Source of the DNA: Chrysomallon squamiferum | Taxonomy: Eukaryota; Animalia; Mollusca | Length of the DNA: 64,000 nt | Reading direction: 5' to 3' | NCBI GenBank assembly: GCA_012295275.1 | Contig: CM022675.1 | Location: 12,462,001 to 12,526,000, forward strand | Shown here: one piece after another, positions 1 to 13,792 of the stretch | Layout of the letters: each line of letters begins with the position of its first letter | Position numbering within the stretch: the first letter of the stretch is position 1 | Position numbers and translations under genes: made by a program | The notes under the pieces: generated by a model | Told to the model about the DNA's origin: nothing | Databases searched by the model: none | The model's input: the letters and a program-made list of their open reading frames with translations, nothing else

Positions 1-230
1 ACACATACACACACACAGTCACACACATACATGAACACATACATATAGGAAGATGCATACACATATACAGAAAGACACAAACACATGCAGACATATATAC
101 AAATACAGCCCAGAAACTCATTTACACACAGACACACACTGATACAGATATACACATACACAGACACACACTCATACAGATAGATATACACATACACAGA
201 CACACTCATACAGATATACACATACACAGA
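1..230. repeat. Degenerate (CA)n-rich compound repeat
   Basis: CA-rich tract with recurring ~30-bp unit acacagacacacactcatacagatatacacat. Confidence 0.85.
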
Positions 231-547
231 AAGAAACAGAGAGTGGGGGAGGAAGGGGGAGAGGGGTAGTTAAACATGTGTGTGTTAAACCTGCTGAACA
301 TGCATGAAAAACAAATTTTGTTCTTCAACAAATAAAATAAAATGGGAGTAGTGACAATATCACAACAGCAAGTTTGTGATGTGTATCACAACAGTAAGTT
401 TGTGATGCAAGACAATTCAGAATTGATGAGAATATTTTAATATAATTAAATAATCTATTTCATTAGCATCAGCTTGTGTAGACTTTTTGCATCAGTTTTT
501 TTTTTTCAGTGTTTAACTCTAATTGCATGTTTAAAACATATTTATTT

Positions 548-566
548 CATATTATTATTATTTTTA

Positions 567-606
<40 letters not shown>

Positions 607-654
607 TATCATTATTTTCAATATATCATTATTATTATATTAGTATTATTACAA

Positions 655-700
<46 letters not shown>

Positions 701-742
701 GATTATTATTGTTGTTGTTGTTTTATTATTATTATTATTATT
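548..742. repeat. (ATT)n microsatellite abutting a 3' splice site
   Basis: Imperfect ATT/GTT repeats running directly into tttacag at 741-747. Confidence 0.95.
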
Positions 743-747
743 TACAG

Positions 748-796
748 ATGTGAAGTTACACTCAGTAAAGAAGAATACAGAAATATTTTTAAAACT
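748..796 (+). CDS. Candidate internal coding exon (49 nt) of an unidentified gene; xCEVTLSKEEYRNIFKT
   Basis: Acceptor ttatttacag| and donor |gtaagt; frame from 749 is open, protein-like and ends on a codon boundary, matching the phase-0 open frame of the candidate at 55928. No homology search possible. Confidence 0.55.
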
Positions 797-1719
797 GTAA
801 GTACAAAATTTTACATTCTGATTTTATAATTAAAATACATGCATCAACAATCGCAGTAACAGCATCAACAGCTGCAATGGAACAGCATCATCACCCTGAC
901 TGACAACACCATTATAAAAACCTTTCAGAAAATTGTATAAAGGAAGAAATGTCAGGAAAATTTTGAATTCACAAGAATTTTTTTCAGAATCTGTTTTTGT
1001 TAATTTCTGTTTTACAAAAGATGGATGTTTAAATGATTAAGACAATGAAATAAGATGTTAGAATAGAGATAATAATAACTTTAAAATAGATAGAACTCTG
1101 TTGTGCTTTTCATTTATTAACTTGGTTATCATCGATGTAGTTCATTTTAATCTGAGAGGCACAAAAAATAGAGTTTAATATTAAACTGCTGAATATTAAA
1201 CCAAAAAAAATTAATATTGCTTTGTCTGTAAAACTCAGCCAATTTCGTTTCAACAAGGTATTTTTATTTTTTTTGTTGTTTTTGGAAATCTTTGGGTTTT
1301 TTAAAATTATTTTTTGTTTATTCAATTTTGTTTTCTAACTTGTGGTTTAAGACTGAATACATTGTCTATGGAAATCAGAAAAAATCTCCATTTTAATTAA
1401 TTTCACTCGATTAAGTTAAATGAAGCTGAAAGTGAAAAATGAATTATCTCAAAACTCATGTTCAGATCTGCTGTAGACTATTTGCATAAGGTACTGTTAT
1501 TTACATAAGATTTACATAGGACATATAGCAGAAGAGTTCTGTTATAAGAGTTATTTGGGTTCAGTGTCATGTGACAGAAGTTTAATAATTTAGGAGCCAT
1601 TTGTAACCTTTCTATGTATATATATGTTTGTAAAGAGCTCTGATTCAGTTGACCTTGAAAAGGAGCTTTCAGTTGTAATTAGAGTTTCTGAATAGTCACA
1701 AAGTACAGAGCTTTGTGGA

Positions 1720-2085
1720 ATAACAGTTTTTATAAAGGAGTTCTGACTACAAAGTTTTATGAAAGAGTTCCACTTTGTTACAGGAGTTTTTATAAAGGTT
1801 TCTAAGGTAATATTTTATTAATGAAGGAACTATATGATAAATGAAGGAGCTCAGTGATATAGGAATCTTATATAGGAACAGGTTTTATGAGTTTTTATAA
1901 AGGAGCTTTATAAGGTTTTTAAAGGAGTTCTATAATATAGGAGTTTATAAAGGAACTCTATGGACAGGTTTTTAAAGGAGTTTTTATAAAGGAGCTTTAT
2001 AAACTTTTTAAAGGAGTTCTACAGTATAGGAGTTTATAAAGGAAAATTTTTTGTTTATAAAGTAGCTCTGTTGAGGAGCTTTTAA
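1720..2085. repeat. Decayed minisatellite
   Basis: Recurring ggagtt(t)ttataaaggag motif with variable spacing, including a near-duplicate block at about 1890-1955 and 1978-2043. Confidence 0.75.
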
Positions 2086-2619
2086 GTTTCACATTAGAGC
2101 TTATTACAAAACAGTTTGATTGTGAAACAGCTGTATGAGAGATAAATGTAGGAGATGAGAGATATTTGCCAGGAACTTTTGTTTTATGATCTTCCTGTCA
2201 TGTGCAGTGAAAATGTTTGGAGGACAACATCTTCCCCTCCCATTTTGTGCAACAACTACAACATGTCTGACATTAACAGCTGCATGCCTAAAAGCTATCT
2301 CTACATTTGTTCATTCTACCAGAAAAACGCTGCATGAGAACAACACACACTTTTGAAATAACTCGACTCTTGGAGCTGTTTCCAGAACAAACTTGCTAAG
2401 TGTCTTCATCAAATAGGAAAATGAAAATGTATCTGCGAGCAAACAAGAAGATGAGAGTGGAAATGCATTGAGCATCTGTCATAACTGAGTCCAGCAAACA
2501 AGGAAATGAAATATGCTGGATATGAACAGAGAATGTCCTGGGAAATTCTTCATTCCACTTTGCAGGAATCAGTTCTAAAAGGATACATTGCTCTTGGCAT
2601 CCTCTTTGCATGTCCTCAT

Positions 2620-2928
2620 TTCACTCAGTTTTCAAGTGAACAACATTTCTCTGCTGTTTCACTCAGTGTTCAAGTGAACAGCATTTCTCTGCTGTTTCAC
2701 ACAGTGTTCAAGTGAACAACATTTCTCTGCTGTTTCACACAGTGTTCAAGTGAACAACATTTCTCTGCTGTTTCACACAGTGTTCAAGTGAACAACATTT
2801 CTCTGCTGTTTAATACAGTGTTCAAGTGAACAACATTTCTCTGCTGTTTCAATCAGTGTTCAAGTGAACAACATTTCTCTGCTGTTTCACTCAGTGTTCA
2901 AGTGAACAACATTTCTCTGCTGTTTCAC
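2620..2928. repeat. Minisatellite, 38-bp unit, about 8 copies
   Basis: Unit ttcaagtgaacaacatttctctgctgtttcacacagtg; period 38 checked at 2641, 2679 and 2717. Confidence 0.97.
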
Positions 2929-3889
2929 CTGTGATCAGATTTGTGACAAAACCCACTGGCAAAGTTTTCTCTTCTTGCTCAGTCGAATCTTTACAAAGCA
3001 AAAATTTAAATGGCTGCCATGATTAAAAAATTATTATTACTTTTACTACTATTATTACTAAATAGTAGTAGTTGTATTAACAACAACAACAGTAAGTATA
3101 ATAGTACTGCCACTAACAATAATTTAATAGCAACTTTACAACCAGCAAACACACAAAAAAATAAAATACAATTAACATGAAAGTCTGTGGCAGTTCATAA
3201 AGAGACAGGAAATATTTTTATAATTACAAAGCTTCAGTAATGTTTACATTCATTTACACTTCCAAAATTGTCAGGAAAGAAAAAACAACTGCAACAACAA
3301 CAACAACAACAACAAAATTAGAGCAGCTTAGAAAAAGAAAATGAACGTTTCAGCCTCAGTCTGAGTGTAAATCTATTTCCTACAGGACTGATTTCAATTA
3401 GAGTGTGATATCCCTGCTTGCGAGGTGCCTGCTACCAAAGAGAGGCTTACTGTGGCTAATCATTCTTCCTGATGACTCTCAGCTTATTGTCACAGCCGAT
3501 GTGCTCCCTTTCAAAGAGAAAATAAAGCATTCATCAGTGTGAGCTGAGCCACTGTGTTTTCCTTTGCTTGTGTTAAAAGGCTTGTCTGTAATGAGGCTTT
3601 TTAGTTTCAGTGCAAAGTGCTGTAAACTTCTGCCATTTTCCAAATCAGTGCAGGACCACTTTTTTTAAAAAAGCAGTTTGTTGATTTTTATTGTCCAGCA
3701 AAAGTCTGTTTTATTAATGACCCAGGGAAGTTCTGCTTTAAGGCTCCATCAAACTCCATCTAAATGTTTTTTTCTGATATTCCATCTATTTTTTAAATTC
3801 ATTGACTAGATTCCATTTGGTAACTGCCAGAAAATACAGCTATTTAACAGCTCTTTGGAACATTCACTCTTAATGAAGTTTCTGAACAC

Positions 3890-4350
3890 CTATCCAAGCC
3901 AAACTGTAAAATTCTAAACCCATTTTCAGTTGTCCTGTTTAGTGGTCTGTTAAAGACCATTTTGTAAAAATCTACTTAAATCCATTTTGTCTTCTACTTA
4001 GCCTATTTTTAGTAGTCTAAAACCACTTGTAAAAGTCTACCTAAATCCATTTTCTCATTCTACTTAAACCAGGTTTTATGGCCCAGTTTCCATTTTGTAA
4101 ATGAACCTAATTTCTAAATGTTCATGTTTGAAGAATAAAACAAGAATATCAAAGATGAGTTAAATTTAAGTTCAGAAGGTTTAGTTAAACCCACTTTACA
4201 ACAGTTCATCCCCCATGTTAAACCTAAACCAGATTTCTTGTAACAAACTCAAAATGGTTTTGCAAAATCTATCCAAGTCTGTTTTTTTTTTTTTATTGGT
4301 TTCAACATTCCATTTAAAACCATTTATTAAAGTTCATTAAAACCCATTTC
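3890..4350. repeat. Decayed tandem repeat
   Basis: Recurring tctac(t/c)taaa(t/c)ccattttgtaaa-like words. Confidence 0.55.
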
Positions 4351-4808
4351 AGTTCTTTTTTTATTTCCTTCTTACTTTTATTTTCCTTGTGCATACATTT
4401 ATTTTTTCTGTTAATGTGCAAGTTATATTAACATTAAGATTTTGAAATAGAACTTTCTTCAAAAAAAACACTCTGAGTACAAGAAATACATCTTAAATTT
4501 AATAAATCAAATAAATTTAATATTAAACCAACTCGGCATTTTGACAAAGAGAAAAATGAGGCTGACATTTAGAGACAAAGGCTCTTGACTTTATCTTCCA
4601 CACAAACAGAAGACGTTTCAGAATCTAACATAGCTGACCTTTTCAGAAGCACTCTATTACAGGTTTGGTTTTCACCTATTTTTGGGTGTTTATTAATTTG
4701 TAAAATTCATATGGTATCATTGTATAAATAACGTTACATTTTCTAATAATGTATTGAAGATTTTTGTAGAACCAGTTATATAAAGAAAGAAAAATAGAAA
4801 TATAATTA

Positions 4809-4975
4809 TGTACTGTAAGGAATAAGCTGATATACTAATCTGTACTGTAAGGAATAAGCTGATATACTAATCTGTACTGTAAGGAATAAGCTGATATACT
4901 AATCTGTACTGTAAGGAATAAGCTGATACACTAATCTGTACTGTAAGGAATTTTAATCTTACTGTAAGGAATAAG
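4809..4975. repeat. Minisatellite, 32-bp unit, about 5 copies
   Basis: Unit tgtactgtaaggaataagctgatatactaatc; last copy degenerate. Confidence 0.95.
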
Positions 4976-5985
4976 TGATATTTTCTTTTATCTTCAGTTT
5001 TTTTTTTTTTTTTTTTGGCCTCTTCTTCCTGCTGTTATTGTTATAAAATTTATGAAAGAATAAAAACTAATAGATAAAAATTAAAAACCTAATAACAATA
5101 ATAATAATAATGATGATGATGATGATAAATCAATCAATAAAATAAATAAATCTTTCAAAACCAAACAGAAATGAAACCAAAAACAGCAACAATAATAATA
5201 AAAAAAATAAGAAAATAAAAGAATTACAAAGAAAGAAAAATAAATAAACACCTTAGAACTGCAAAAACCAACTAATAAAAGAAAAAAAACCGTGAGAAGA
5301 CAAATAGAGTTCCCTAGCTGTATGTGGATGGAAATGAACTAATTTACTCTATCTGCAGTACCAGGATGTTGTCAAGTGTGGCTACTGTTTCTACCTCCAT
5401 TGTTGAAGAGTCATTGACAAAAATACAAGAGATGATGGAGATTCTACTTCCCACTTGTTTACTCCTCTCAACACAGACAAGGACTGTTGTTGTTTTTTTA
5501 ATATTCTCCATAGACTGGTATAAGCAGACACACAGACATCATATAATAAAATAATTATTTTAAAGTAAAGTGTGTTTAGTTTAACACATTTTTCTGCTTC
5601 TTTTGTTCTAAGAATTAAATGCAATTTGCGTTTTATAGATAAATACTATTATTTTAATTTATATTTATTTTTTATTCTATTTTATTCTATTCTGTTTTAT
5701 TTTTTTTTTTTTTTTAACAAATATTAGGTATTTTCATTGAAATACACATTCAGTGGATATGAACCACTGACTTGAAAAAGCAAATTAATAAGGAGACACA
5801 AGTTAATTATTATTAAGTTAGTGTTTCTATACTGTACACAGTAATCAGAATCATATTAAAAACAAAACTAATCCCTAATTATTTTTATAATCAGAATGCA
5901 TTTTTGACCTATTAGCCCTGAACTCTCCTGTTTCTGAAAACAATTACCTTGCAGACAATTCAGTTGTAGAGTTTTAGGCAAAGGT

Positions 5986-5999
5986 GTAACCATGGCAAC
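5986..5999. promoter_or_regulatory. RFX X-box motif
   Basis: GTAACCATGGCAAC matches the RFX consensus GTNRCC-AT-GGYAAC exactly. Confidence 0.6.
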
Positions 6000-6251
6000 A
6001 TGCCAGTAGTTGAATAAACTGCACACTTGTGAGAACAGAAGGAAAAACACCTTAAAGAATAATTTGATAAATTACCTGAGAAAGGTTTTATCTTTTCTTT
6101 TCTTTTTTTAACTTACACATTTTGGCAGCTTCCATTTGAAATGAAATTGTGTGTAATATTTTTTTTAAAGTCATTTGTCAAAATGGTGCCAAATTGTTAC
6201 AGATTATTTACTATTATTTAATACTGAAAAAAAAGAGGATATACAGATGAC

Positions 6252-6273
6252 TGTGAGTGTGTGTGTGCATGTG

Positions 6274-6350
<77 letters not shown>

Positions 6351-6378
6351 TGTGTGTGTGTGTTTGAGAGAGAGAGAG
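6252..6378. repeat. (GT)n then (GA)n microsatellite
   Basis: Directly visible. Confidence 0.97.
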
Positions 6379-6907
6379 ATAGTGAGTCATTGAGTGAATC
6401 AGTTTGTATGAGAGTAAAAGAGAGAATTAAAGAAAGTTAGAGATTCAGAAATGAATATTCAGTGGTGACTTAACATTTTAAAGTTAACTGGTGTTGGGCA
6501 GACATTTCTCTTTGTACAACAGCAAATATTAAACATAAAACTACTACTGTCATTTCACATGCTTTATTGTTAGCAACAAATAACATTTTATACAGCCTTT
6601 TCATAGAAAGAAAAATTATTTGTTAAACAATCATGGAGCATGGTTTGAATTTGGAAATAGTCTAACAAATGCACTAATGATGATAATAGAAAAACACATC
6701 CAAAATGATTTGATTAAAATGTTTTTTTCTTGGATTGGCATAATACTGATGAGACACATCAAATAAAACTCTGAAAAAAAGACAAAATAAAAACAACCCC
6801 TAATTATATACAAAAACCAGTCATAGGTTGGATTGATAAAAGCCTGTGGTACACATCAAAAATTAGAAGAAAAAAAATTGTATCAGATAATTTGATAAAC
6901 GAATGAT

Positions 6908-6948
6908 GGTGCACAGGCAAGCACTCTAACCACTGAACTACAGGCCTG
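6908..6948 (-). mobile_element. tRNA-derived SINE head fragment (Pol III A box)
   Basis: Minus strand reads caggcctGTAGTTCAGTGGTTAGAGtgcttgcctgtg, a tRNA-like 5' half with an A box; no tRNA 3' half follows. Confidence 0.6.
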
Positions 6949-8024
6949 ACAAGAAGATGAAAGTTAATACATAAATGTCTCAATACAGCAACCATTATTG
7001 TCGATTCATCTGCCGTCCACCAGCTCTGATTTATCTGCTAGCGTTGTTATCAAGCACGTGACAAGCTTTTTAATGAAACTGAACAAACCTGGTGAAAGAA
7101 TGAGGCGTGCCGAGGTAACCAGGAATGTATGAAATTATTAGAGAATTGGGCAAAAGGTGAAATTGAAATTGCTGAGGAAAATGAGTGTGAACTGATCAAT
7201 AAGTTAATGTGGTGGCGGTAAAAATGTGTCAGGAGTGTGGGTTAGAACTGACTCCTGACGAGTGAACCAGACTAAAAATGTCTGTCGCATTCTCTTACTG
7301 TTTTCTTATCTTCTCTCTCGCCGCTCAGAAAATAAAGTTAATTTAAAGTGAAAATAGAAATAAAAAAGGAAAGAAAGGAAGAGAAAAGTGTGAATAGAAG
7401 AAGTAATATGATGAATAAAGTAAAATAAATTGATAAAATAAACAGAACAATTCAACCTCAAAATAAAATGTCATGAAAATGTTGAGTACAATGCATAAGA
7501 GAATGTGAACCTGTTATCTCAATCCTTACTAAAACTAGTTATTTTACACACACCTGAATTCAGTAATACCTAATTTGACATCCATTTTCATTCTTAAAAG
7601 TCTTTAGTCTGGTTGCCATGGTAGGCACACTTTATCTCTTTAGATGTAGACAAAATATTAAAAAAATGCAAAAAAGTGAAAAATTAAGAAAATACATTTG
7701 TACTGATAAAGAACAGAGTGTACAAGTGTTGATGTTTTCTCAGCTTGGTGTTGTGATGAGAGAGTTTTAAGTCTCCTGACACAGATTTCTATTGATTTGT
7801 GAGTGCTATTGATCTAAAACTGATATATCCCTGGGACACACAAGAGTTATAAATCCTGCAGGTTAATTCACTGTCTGAATATTAATGTCTGTTTGACTTC
7901 TTGTTGTGCATAACAAGAATTATTTAGATAAAACTGGCAAATACTTTATCTTTACTACAAAAAAAAAATATGTTTTAACATTGCACCCAACATACTTGTA
8001 ATTAATCTTACATATCATGTATCT

Positions 8025-8300
8025 GTACACACACATGCACACATATATACACACCCACACCTACACACACACACACATTCACACACACATACACACCTGC
8101 ACACACACACCTACACACACACCTACACATCTGCACACACACCTACACATACACACACACCTACACACACACATACACCCTTACACACTCACACACATAC
8201 ACCCTTACACACTCACACACCTACACACACCTACACACACACACACCTACACACACACACCTACACACACACCTACACACACACACACACACAGACAGAC
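8025..8300. repeat. Imperfect (CA)n microsatellite
   Basis: CA repeats interrupted by cct; explains ORF 8017-8352. Confidence 0.95.
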
Positions 8301-8359
8301 ATACATACTGGTTGAGACATATACTAACAAGAGAGAGAAAATCTACAACTGATTTTCTT

Positions 8360-8501
8360 GACAGAGAAGCACATAATCATAGTCAATGATACACCAGTTA
8401 AGGAGCACTGTGTGGATTGGGAAATGGGTGAATGAGTATACTGGACAGCATCGACTCTTAGTCTAATCACACTTCAGCTCTAACCACTAAGCCACAGCCT
8501 C
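8360..8501 (-). mobile_element. Decayed SINE copy (head plus part of body)
   Basis: Minus strand starts aggctGTGGCTTAGTGGTTAGAG (A box, similar to 6908-6948); body caccagttaaggagcactg parallels cagttatagagcactgg at about 54330. Confidence 0.6.
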
Positions 8502-8904
8502 CCCCCTCCCCAGTAGTGTCTTGTTGATCATGTTACTAGGTCAGGTAATGACAGATGTAATCTAAAGTCAACATTTACTTAGATAGAAAAACTAGACATT
8601 TCTTCCTGTGTTTTCTCTCTGCTGTGTCAGCACAGACTTTATATTGTCCAGTAATCCAAACTGTTAACTATCTGTAGTGCCAGAGGTTACAGGATCAATT
8701 CTTGTATGGGTAGCTTTTTTTTTTTTTTTTTTTTTTATAGATATATATGTAATATTTTTAAAATTCTTTTACTATGTGTTATAAATACAGACATCAGTTT
8801 GTAGGTAAACACTTGCTCTACAAACCTACATATGTTTACTTATTCAGACCCACACAAAATACACATGGATTACAGCACAAACACAAGTATACACCTGTAA
8901 TAAT

Positions 8905-9058
8905 GATACTACTACTACTGTTACCATGACTACTATAGCTGCTGCTGCTTTAACAATACTACCACATTAGAAAATACAGCTGCTTCTACTACTACAACAA
9001 CTACTAATACTATAAAAACAACTAATACAACTACTTCTGCTGTTCATACTACTACTGT

Positions 9059-9091
<33 letters not shown>

Positions 9092-9223
9092 AACAACTAC
9101 TAATACTATAAAAACAAATAATATAACAACTTCTGCTGTTCATACTACTACTGTTTCTACTACTGTTACTACTACTACTACTACTACAACTACTACAACT
9201 ACTAGTACTACTATTACTACTAC
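8905..9223. repeat. (ACT)n-rich repeat with an internal duplication of about 96 bp
   Basis: Block ctactacaacaactactaatactataaaaacaa...acttctgctgttcatactactactgtt occurs twice. Confidence 0.9.
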
Positions 9224-9579
9224 TATTTATATTTTATGTTAATTTGATAAACATTATACCAAAAACAAACACTACACATGAAAACTGCAGATAGAGAATT
9301 AACACAAAAACAAATAATCAACACCATAAAAACATTTGTATGAGAAAAGACGGACACACAAACACACTGATAAAGGTGGTGAACATAAAGAGACGTCCAA
9401 AAAAAGAAAAAGACAAATATATGAATGGACAACCTGTCAATGTTTTGCGTTTAAAATGGAGCTGTAGTAGCTGTAATTGTCAGTGCTATAGATTTTCTAC
9501 AAATTAGATTGCTGTTGTGTTTATCAACAGCACATCACTGACACTGAAAGAGTTGCACTGGGACTTATTTCATCAACAA

Positions 9580-9830
9580 AAATCTTTTTGTGGTCATTCT
9601 ACTTAATTAATAAAAACATTTGTGTGATTTTTTTCAATTAATTAACAAAAAATTATTGGTCATTTGGCTTAATTAATAAAAGTAATTTGTGAACATTCAA
9701 ATTTGATTAATAAAAATAATTTTTGTGATCTTTTCAATTGATTAACAGACATTTGCAGTCATTTGGCTTAAATAATTAAACATTTCTGTGGTCATTCTAA
9801 TTAATTAATAAAATAATTTTTAATTAATCT
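9580..9830. repeat. Decayed AT-rich minisatellite
   Basis: Recurring ttaattaataaaa...ttgtggtcatt units of roughly 30-35 bp. Confidence 0.7.
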
Positions 9831-12749
9831 CACAGCTAAAGATTTATAGGTCAGGTGAAAAAAAACTATAATAATTTTTCTAAAAATTAAGCTGACTTCA
9901 AATGTTTAAAATAATATTAATATGTTAAGTGTTACTTTCATTATTATTTTTAAAATATATTTTATATTCTTTTTTTTTTTTTAATGAGTTAATTTATATA
10001 TAAAGCAAGGTACTGTGAGTTAGCTCCCTTCTTTTTTCTTTCTCAGAATTATTGTTATTATTATTATTATTATTATTAATGATAAAAACCATAATCTTTG
10101 AAAATATTTATTTTTTATTTTATATTTTATATTTTAGTTCTAAGTTTTATTTTTCTAATTAAAATAAAATATAATGAAATAATTAATAATAATTAAAAAA
10201 TATATTAAAATTATAATCCAAATCAATTTGGAATTAAATATAATTCAAATGTAAAAACTAATGATTATGATGACGATGATATTTTTTGTATTATTATTAT
10301 AAAAAAACTAAATAACTAAAAAATGAAAAAAAATATATACAAAATAATTAAAAAGAAAATAATTACTAAGCAAAATAGATGAATTAAATAAAATAAATAT
10401 ATGTGAAATAAATGGTAAATAAATGTAAATTAAATAAATAAATAAATAAATAAATAAATTAGAAATAAATAAATACTAAAACCTGAATACAAAGTGAATA
10501 TTTATTTAGAATGAGGAGGAGACAGTGTAACAATCAGATGATGATAAATGTGATTTTCACAAAATTTGGAAAGGAAATATTCTGTCAGAAAATCCATTAG
10601 GTAAATTACTCATTTTTTGACATGAGATAATCTCCCTTGAAAGCTCTTCATTTGCATTTCCATCATAATCATTTTCCTTCTTTTTACTTCAGTCCATTTT
10701 CACATATAATATTTTTAAAATTTTTAATAATATTATTATTTTTATTTTTTTTTTTTTTTCTGCTTTTAGCTTTTCACGATGTTGGTTTTGGAGGGTTTTT
10801 TAAAATGTTTTTGATATTTTCTTTATTTTCCTTTTATTCTTCTTTGGTTTTCCTTCATTTTCTACTTTGATTCCTATTTTGGTATTATTTTTTTTCTTCC
10901 CTCCCACAAAACAACACCTTACTTTTTTTTCCTTCTTTAAAAAAGTAAAAAAAGAAAAAACCAGTATGAAGGCTTTAAACATGATTATATCTAATATGGC
11001 CAGTGTTGTCATTGTTGGATTAGAAAGTTTTAATCTGATGAAGAGTGTTTAAATGGAGGAAGAAAAGTCAATATGTGCTGTGATTTGCAACATGTCACAA
11101 GGGAAATACTCGCGGAGATGTCAATAGACTTGTTTCTGATAGCGAGGTGAAATCTCTCTCGTTTAATCAATACACCAGTTTAGTAGTCATAATCCATATG
11201 CAGTATCATATGTCTCTTGATAGATATGAGTGGAAAATAAACAGAAGTAAAAGGATTTAAGATAAATATTTTAATATTTTCCTGTATTGGTTTATTATTC
11301 TTTTTTTTTTTAAAAAGAAAGAAAGAAAAAAAAGGTTGAAACAAAAATCAAAAGAAAAGAAAAATAAAAGAAATAAAATTCTAGCAGTATAGAATTTTTT
11401 AATTTTGTTTTTTTAAATTTCAAACATCCACAAAGACTAAAAAACATCCATCTTGCTTTTAAAAACAAAAACAAAACATTTATTAATATAAAGAGGAAAT
11501 GTTTTCTGAAATTAACTAAAGTCAACATTCTGTTAGCATTTTTTCTTTTTCTTTCTTTATTTTTTCCATGTTTTCTTTTTAGTCTTTACATTTCTAGTTT
11601 CTTTTTCATTCTTTCTTCATTCTCTAATGATTTAGTGATTTAGTGATTTTTTTATTTCATTACATTTTTAACTTTGTTACGTATGTTTTAGTTACTGTTC
11701 ATTTTCACCTCAGTTAGGACACTAGATAAATATTAATTTTATCATTTTTAATTTTTAATTATTTCATATATTGTTTAAATATTTCTTTCTATTGATTCTC
11801 TTGTACTTACTTATTTTTTCTTCATCATTTGTCTGATTTTTTCTTTCTTTCTGATATTTCATTTTTTACATTTTTCTTTCATTCTTTCCTTTTTAATTAT
11901 TTCTTTACTTTCTGACATTTCTTTCAATTTCTGTCCTTTCTTTCATTCCTTCATTCTTTCTTATTTTTCTGTCTTTCCCTCCCTTATAACTTTCTTTCCT
12001 TTCTAATTCAAATTTTTTTTTAAATTCAATTCTTCTCTTCTTACACTCTTCATTCATTTTTTTCCTTCAATCTTATCAAATATCTTGTTATTTTCTTGCT
12101 TTTGCTGTTGTCAGTTACATTTTTACATTAACAAATCACACTGAAAGAGAATTCCAAATGTTTCATACGTCTGTACACTGATTTAAAAACAAATAAACTT
12201 CTAGTGATGAAAATCTTGATCAGGAAAACCCAGAGGACCTAGAAGTGAAATTAAATCTTTAAAAAATCTAAAACATCCACAATTAAGCCAAACTCACGTG
12301 GAAGCCACAAGAATTAATTAAAAATAAGATTTGTTTTTTTTTGTTTTTTTGTTTTTTTTTGGATGTTATTTTTGGAGGAATTTTCTACAAATGGTTAGAA
12401 CTGCTAAACTGGAACCAGACTCTAATTTAAAAAAAAAAAAAAAAAAAAATTGACAACATTGATTTGATTCCTGTGTTCACTTTATTTTGTAATGAAAAGG
12501 AAAATTCAGTCAGTTTTCTCTGTTTTGTTCACTTAATGAATCAATTTTTACATCTGTCTTTTATTTTTTATTTTTCGTGATTTCTTCTATTACTTTTTTT
12601 ATTATTTTTTTTACTTGATTTTTTTACTGTTAACATTAAAAAAAAAAAAAAAAAATTATTTTATTTTATTTTATTTTTTTGAATCACTGGTTTGTCAATA
12701 AATTGATACAACATTGCTTAATCAGACAGGACAGATGTTCTGTGTTTAG

Positions 12750-13025
12750 CGTGACAGGTGATAGGATCAACTCCTCTTAGTGGATACAGTGTTTTTTATT
12801 CAGTTCCAGACATGCAGCACAATTGATTGATTTTTGTTCTGTATGTGTGTGTGTGTGTGTGTGTTTTGGGAATTCACATTTTATTATTATTATTATTATT
12901 ATTTTTTTTTTTTTTTTTTTGTTGTTGAATAAAACACTCCATTTTCTACAGTTAAAGAATATTTTCTTTCTATCAATAAAATGAGTCTAATAAATCAAAG
13001 CAGCAGATTTCCTCTCTCTTCTGTC
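12750..13025 (+). mobile_element. Decayed SINE copy interrupted by (GT)n and (ATT)n/polyT
   Basis: ataGGATCAACTCCtcttagtggatac (B-box-like) aligns with 27539 agatcaattcctgttggtggatcc and 8690 caggatcaattcttg; aaagaatattttctttctatcaataaaatgagtc parallels 14366-14400. Confidence 0.55.
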
Positions 13026-13348
13026 TTCGGCACCTCATCAGTAACAAACACGTTAACATTTAGTTCCATTTCACCTAATTTGCAGATCATGTGCAGATTT
13101 ATCAGCTTAACAATTACTTGATTATGTCATACAGTGAATATCACATCTGTTATGTAATAGTAGTCTAAAGCTTCTGTTATACTGTGTAACTTTACATAAC
13201 TTTCCTGTATCATTAAACTGTGTTATCTGTGCATCAGTGTGGCTTTCCCAGATGACTTCATGTGATTGTGTGTATTTGCCCGGTTGTTGTATTTGCTTTG
13301 TTTTGTATGTCTGTCTGTAATAAATACAGTATTGGTTGTTTATGAAAA

Positions 13349-13395
13349 TATGTGGTATGTACTGCCCTCTCAGTGGAATATTTAGTAGCCACTCT
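13349..13395 (+). mobile_element. SINE core fragment
   Basis: tgtggtatgtactgccctctcagtggaata versus 14330 tgtggtatgtactatcctgtctgggaata. Confidence 0.55.
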
Positions 13396-13514
13396 TGATT
13401 GTTACAAATTAAATGAAGATTTGTGTGTGTGTGTGTATATCTGTAAATAAGATAATTTCAATGAAAACGTATGTATATACATACATAAACAACTGATTAT
13501 GTATATATCTATAT

Positions 13515-13524
<10 letters not shown>

Positions 13525-13574
<50 letters not shown>
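13525..13574. repeat. (TA)n microsatellite
   Basis: Directly visible. Confidence 0.97.
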
Positions 13575-13579
<5 letters not shown>

Positions 13580-13704
13580 CATAATATGTGATATGATATA
13601 ATATAATTAAAAAAAATTTAAAAATTACACAAAGATGATATAAGAAGAAAACTGTATTTCAAATAACTATTTTTGCCTGTGTCATGTTCATCTTCAGCAA
13701 ACTA

Positions 13705-13792
13705 CACTGGTAAAACTGGCTGGAATATGTAACAGACCAAACAGTTCACTGAGGAGAACTGATCCTGGGACACACAGTACCTCAGTGTGTTC
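13705..13792 (-). mobile_element. SINE fragment (B-box region)
   Basis: Minus strand caggatcagttctcctcagtgaac...ttccagccagt matches the B-box-like segments at 12762 and 27539 and actggctgaaat at 19100. Confidence 0.5.

Noticed and set aside
5359-5520. Possible exon after tctatctgcag
   Set aside because: No good donor and no recognisable peptide in any frame.
6908-6948. tRNA gene
   Set aside because: Only the 5' half with an A box is present; no T arm or acceptor stem, so a SINE head fits better.
13022-13045. Hammerhead-ribozyme-like core on the minus strand (CTGATGAGGTGCCGAAGAC)
   Set aside because: GAAG instead of GAAA, a 2-nt loop in stem II and no stem I/III pairing or NUH site; other CTGATGA words (6748, 31152) also fail.
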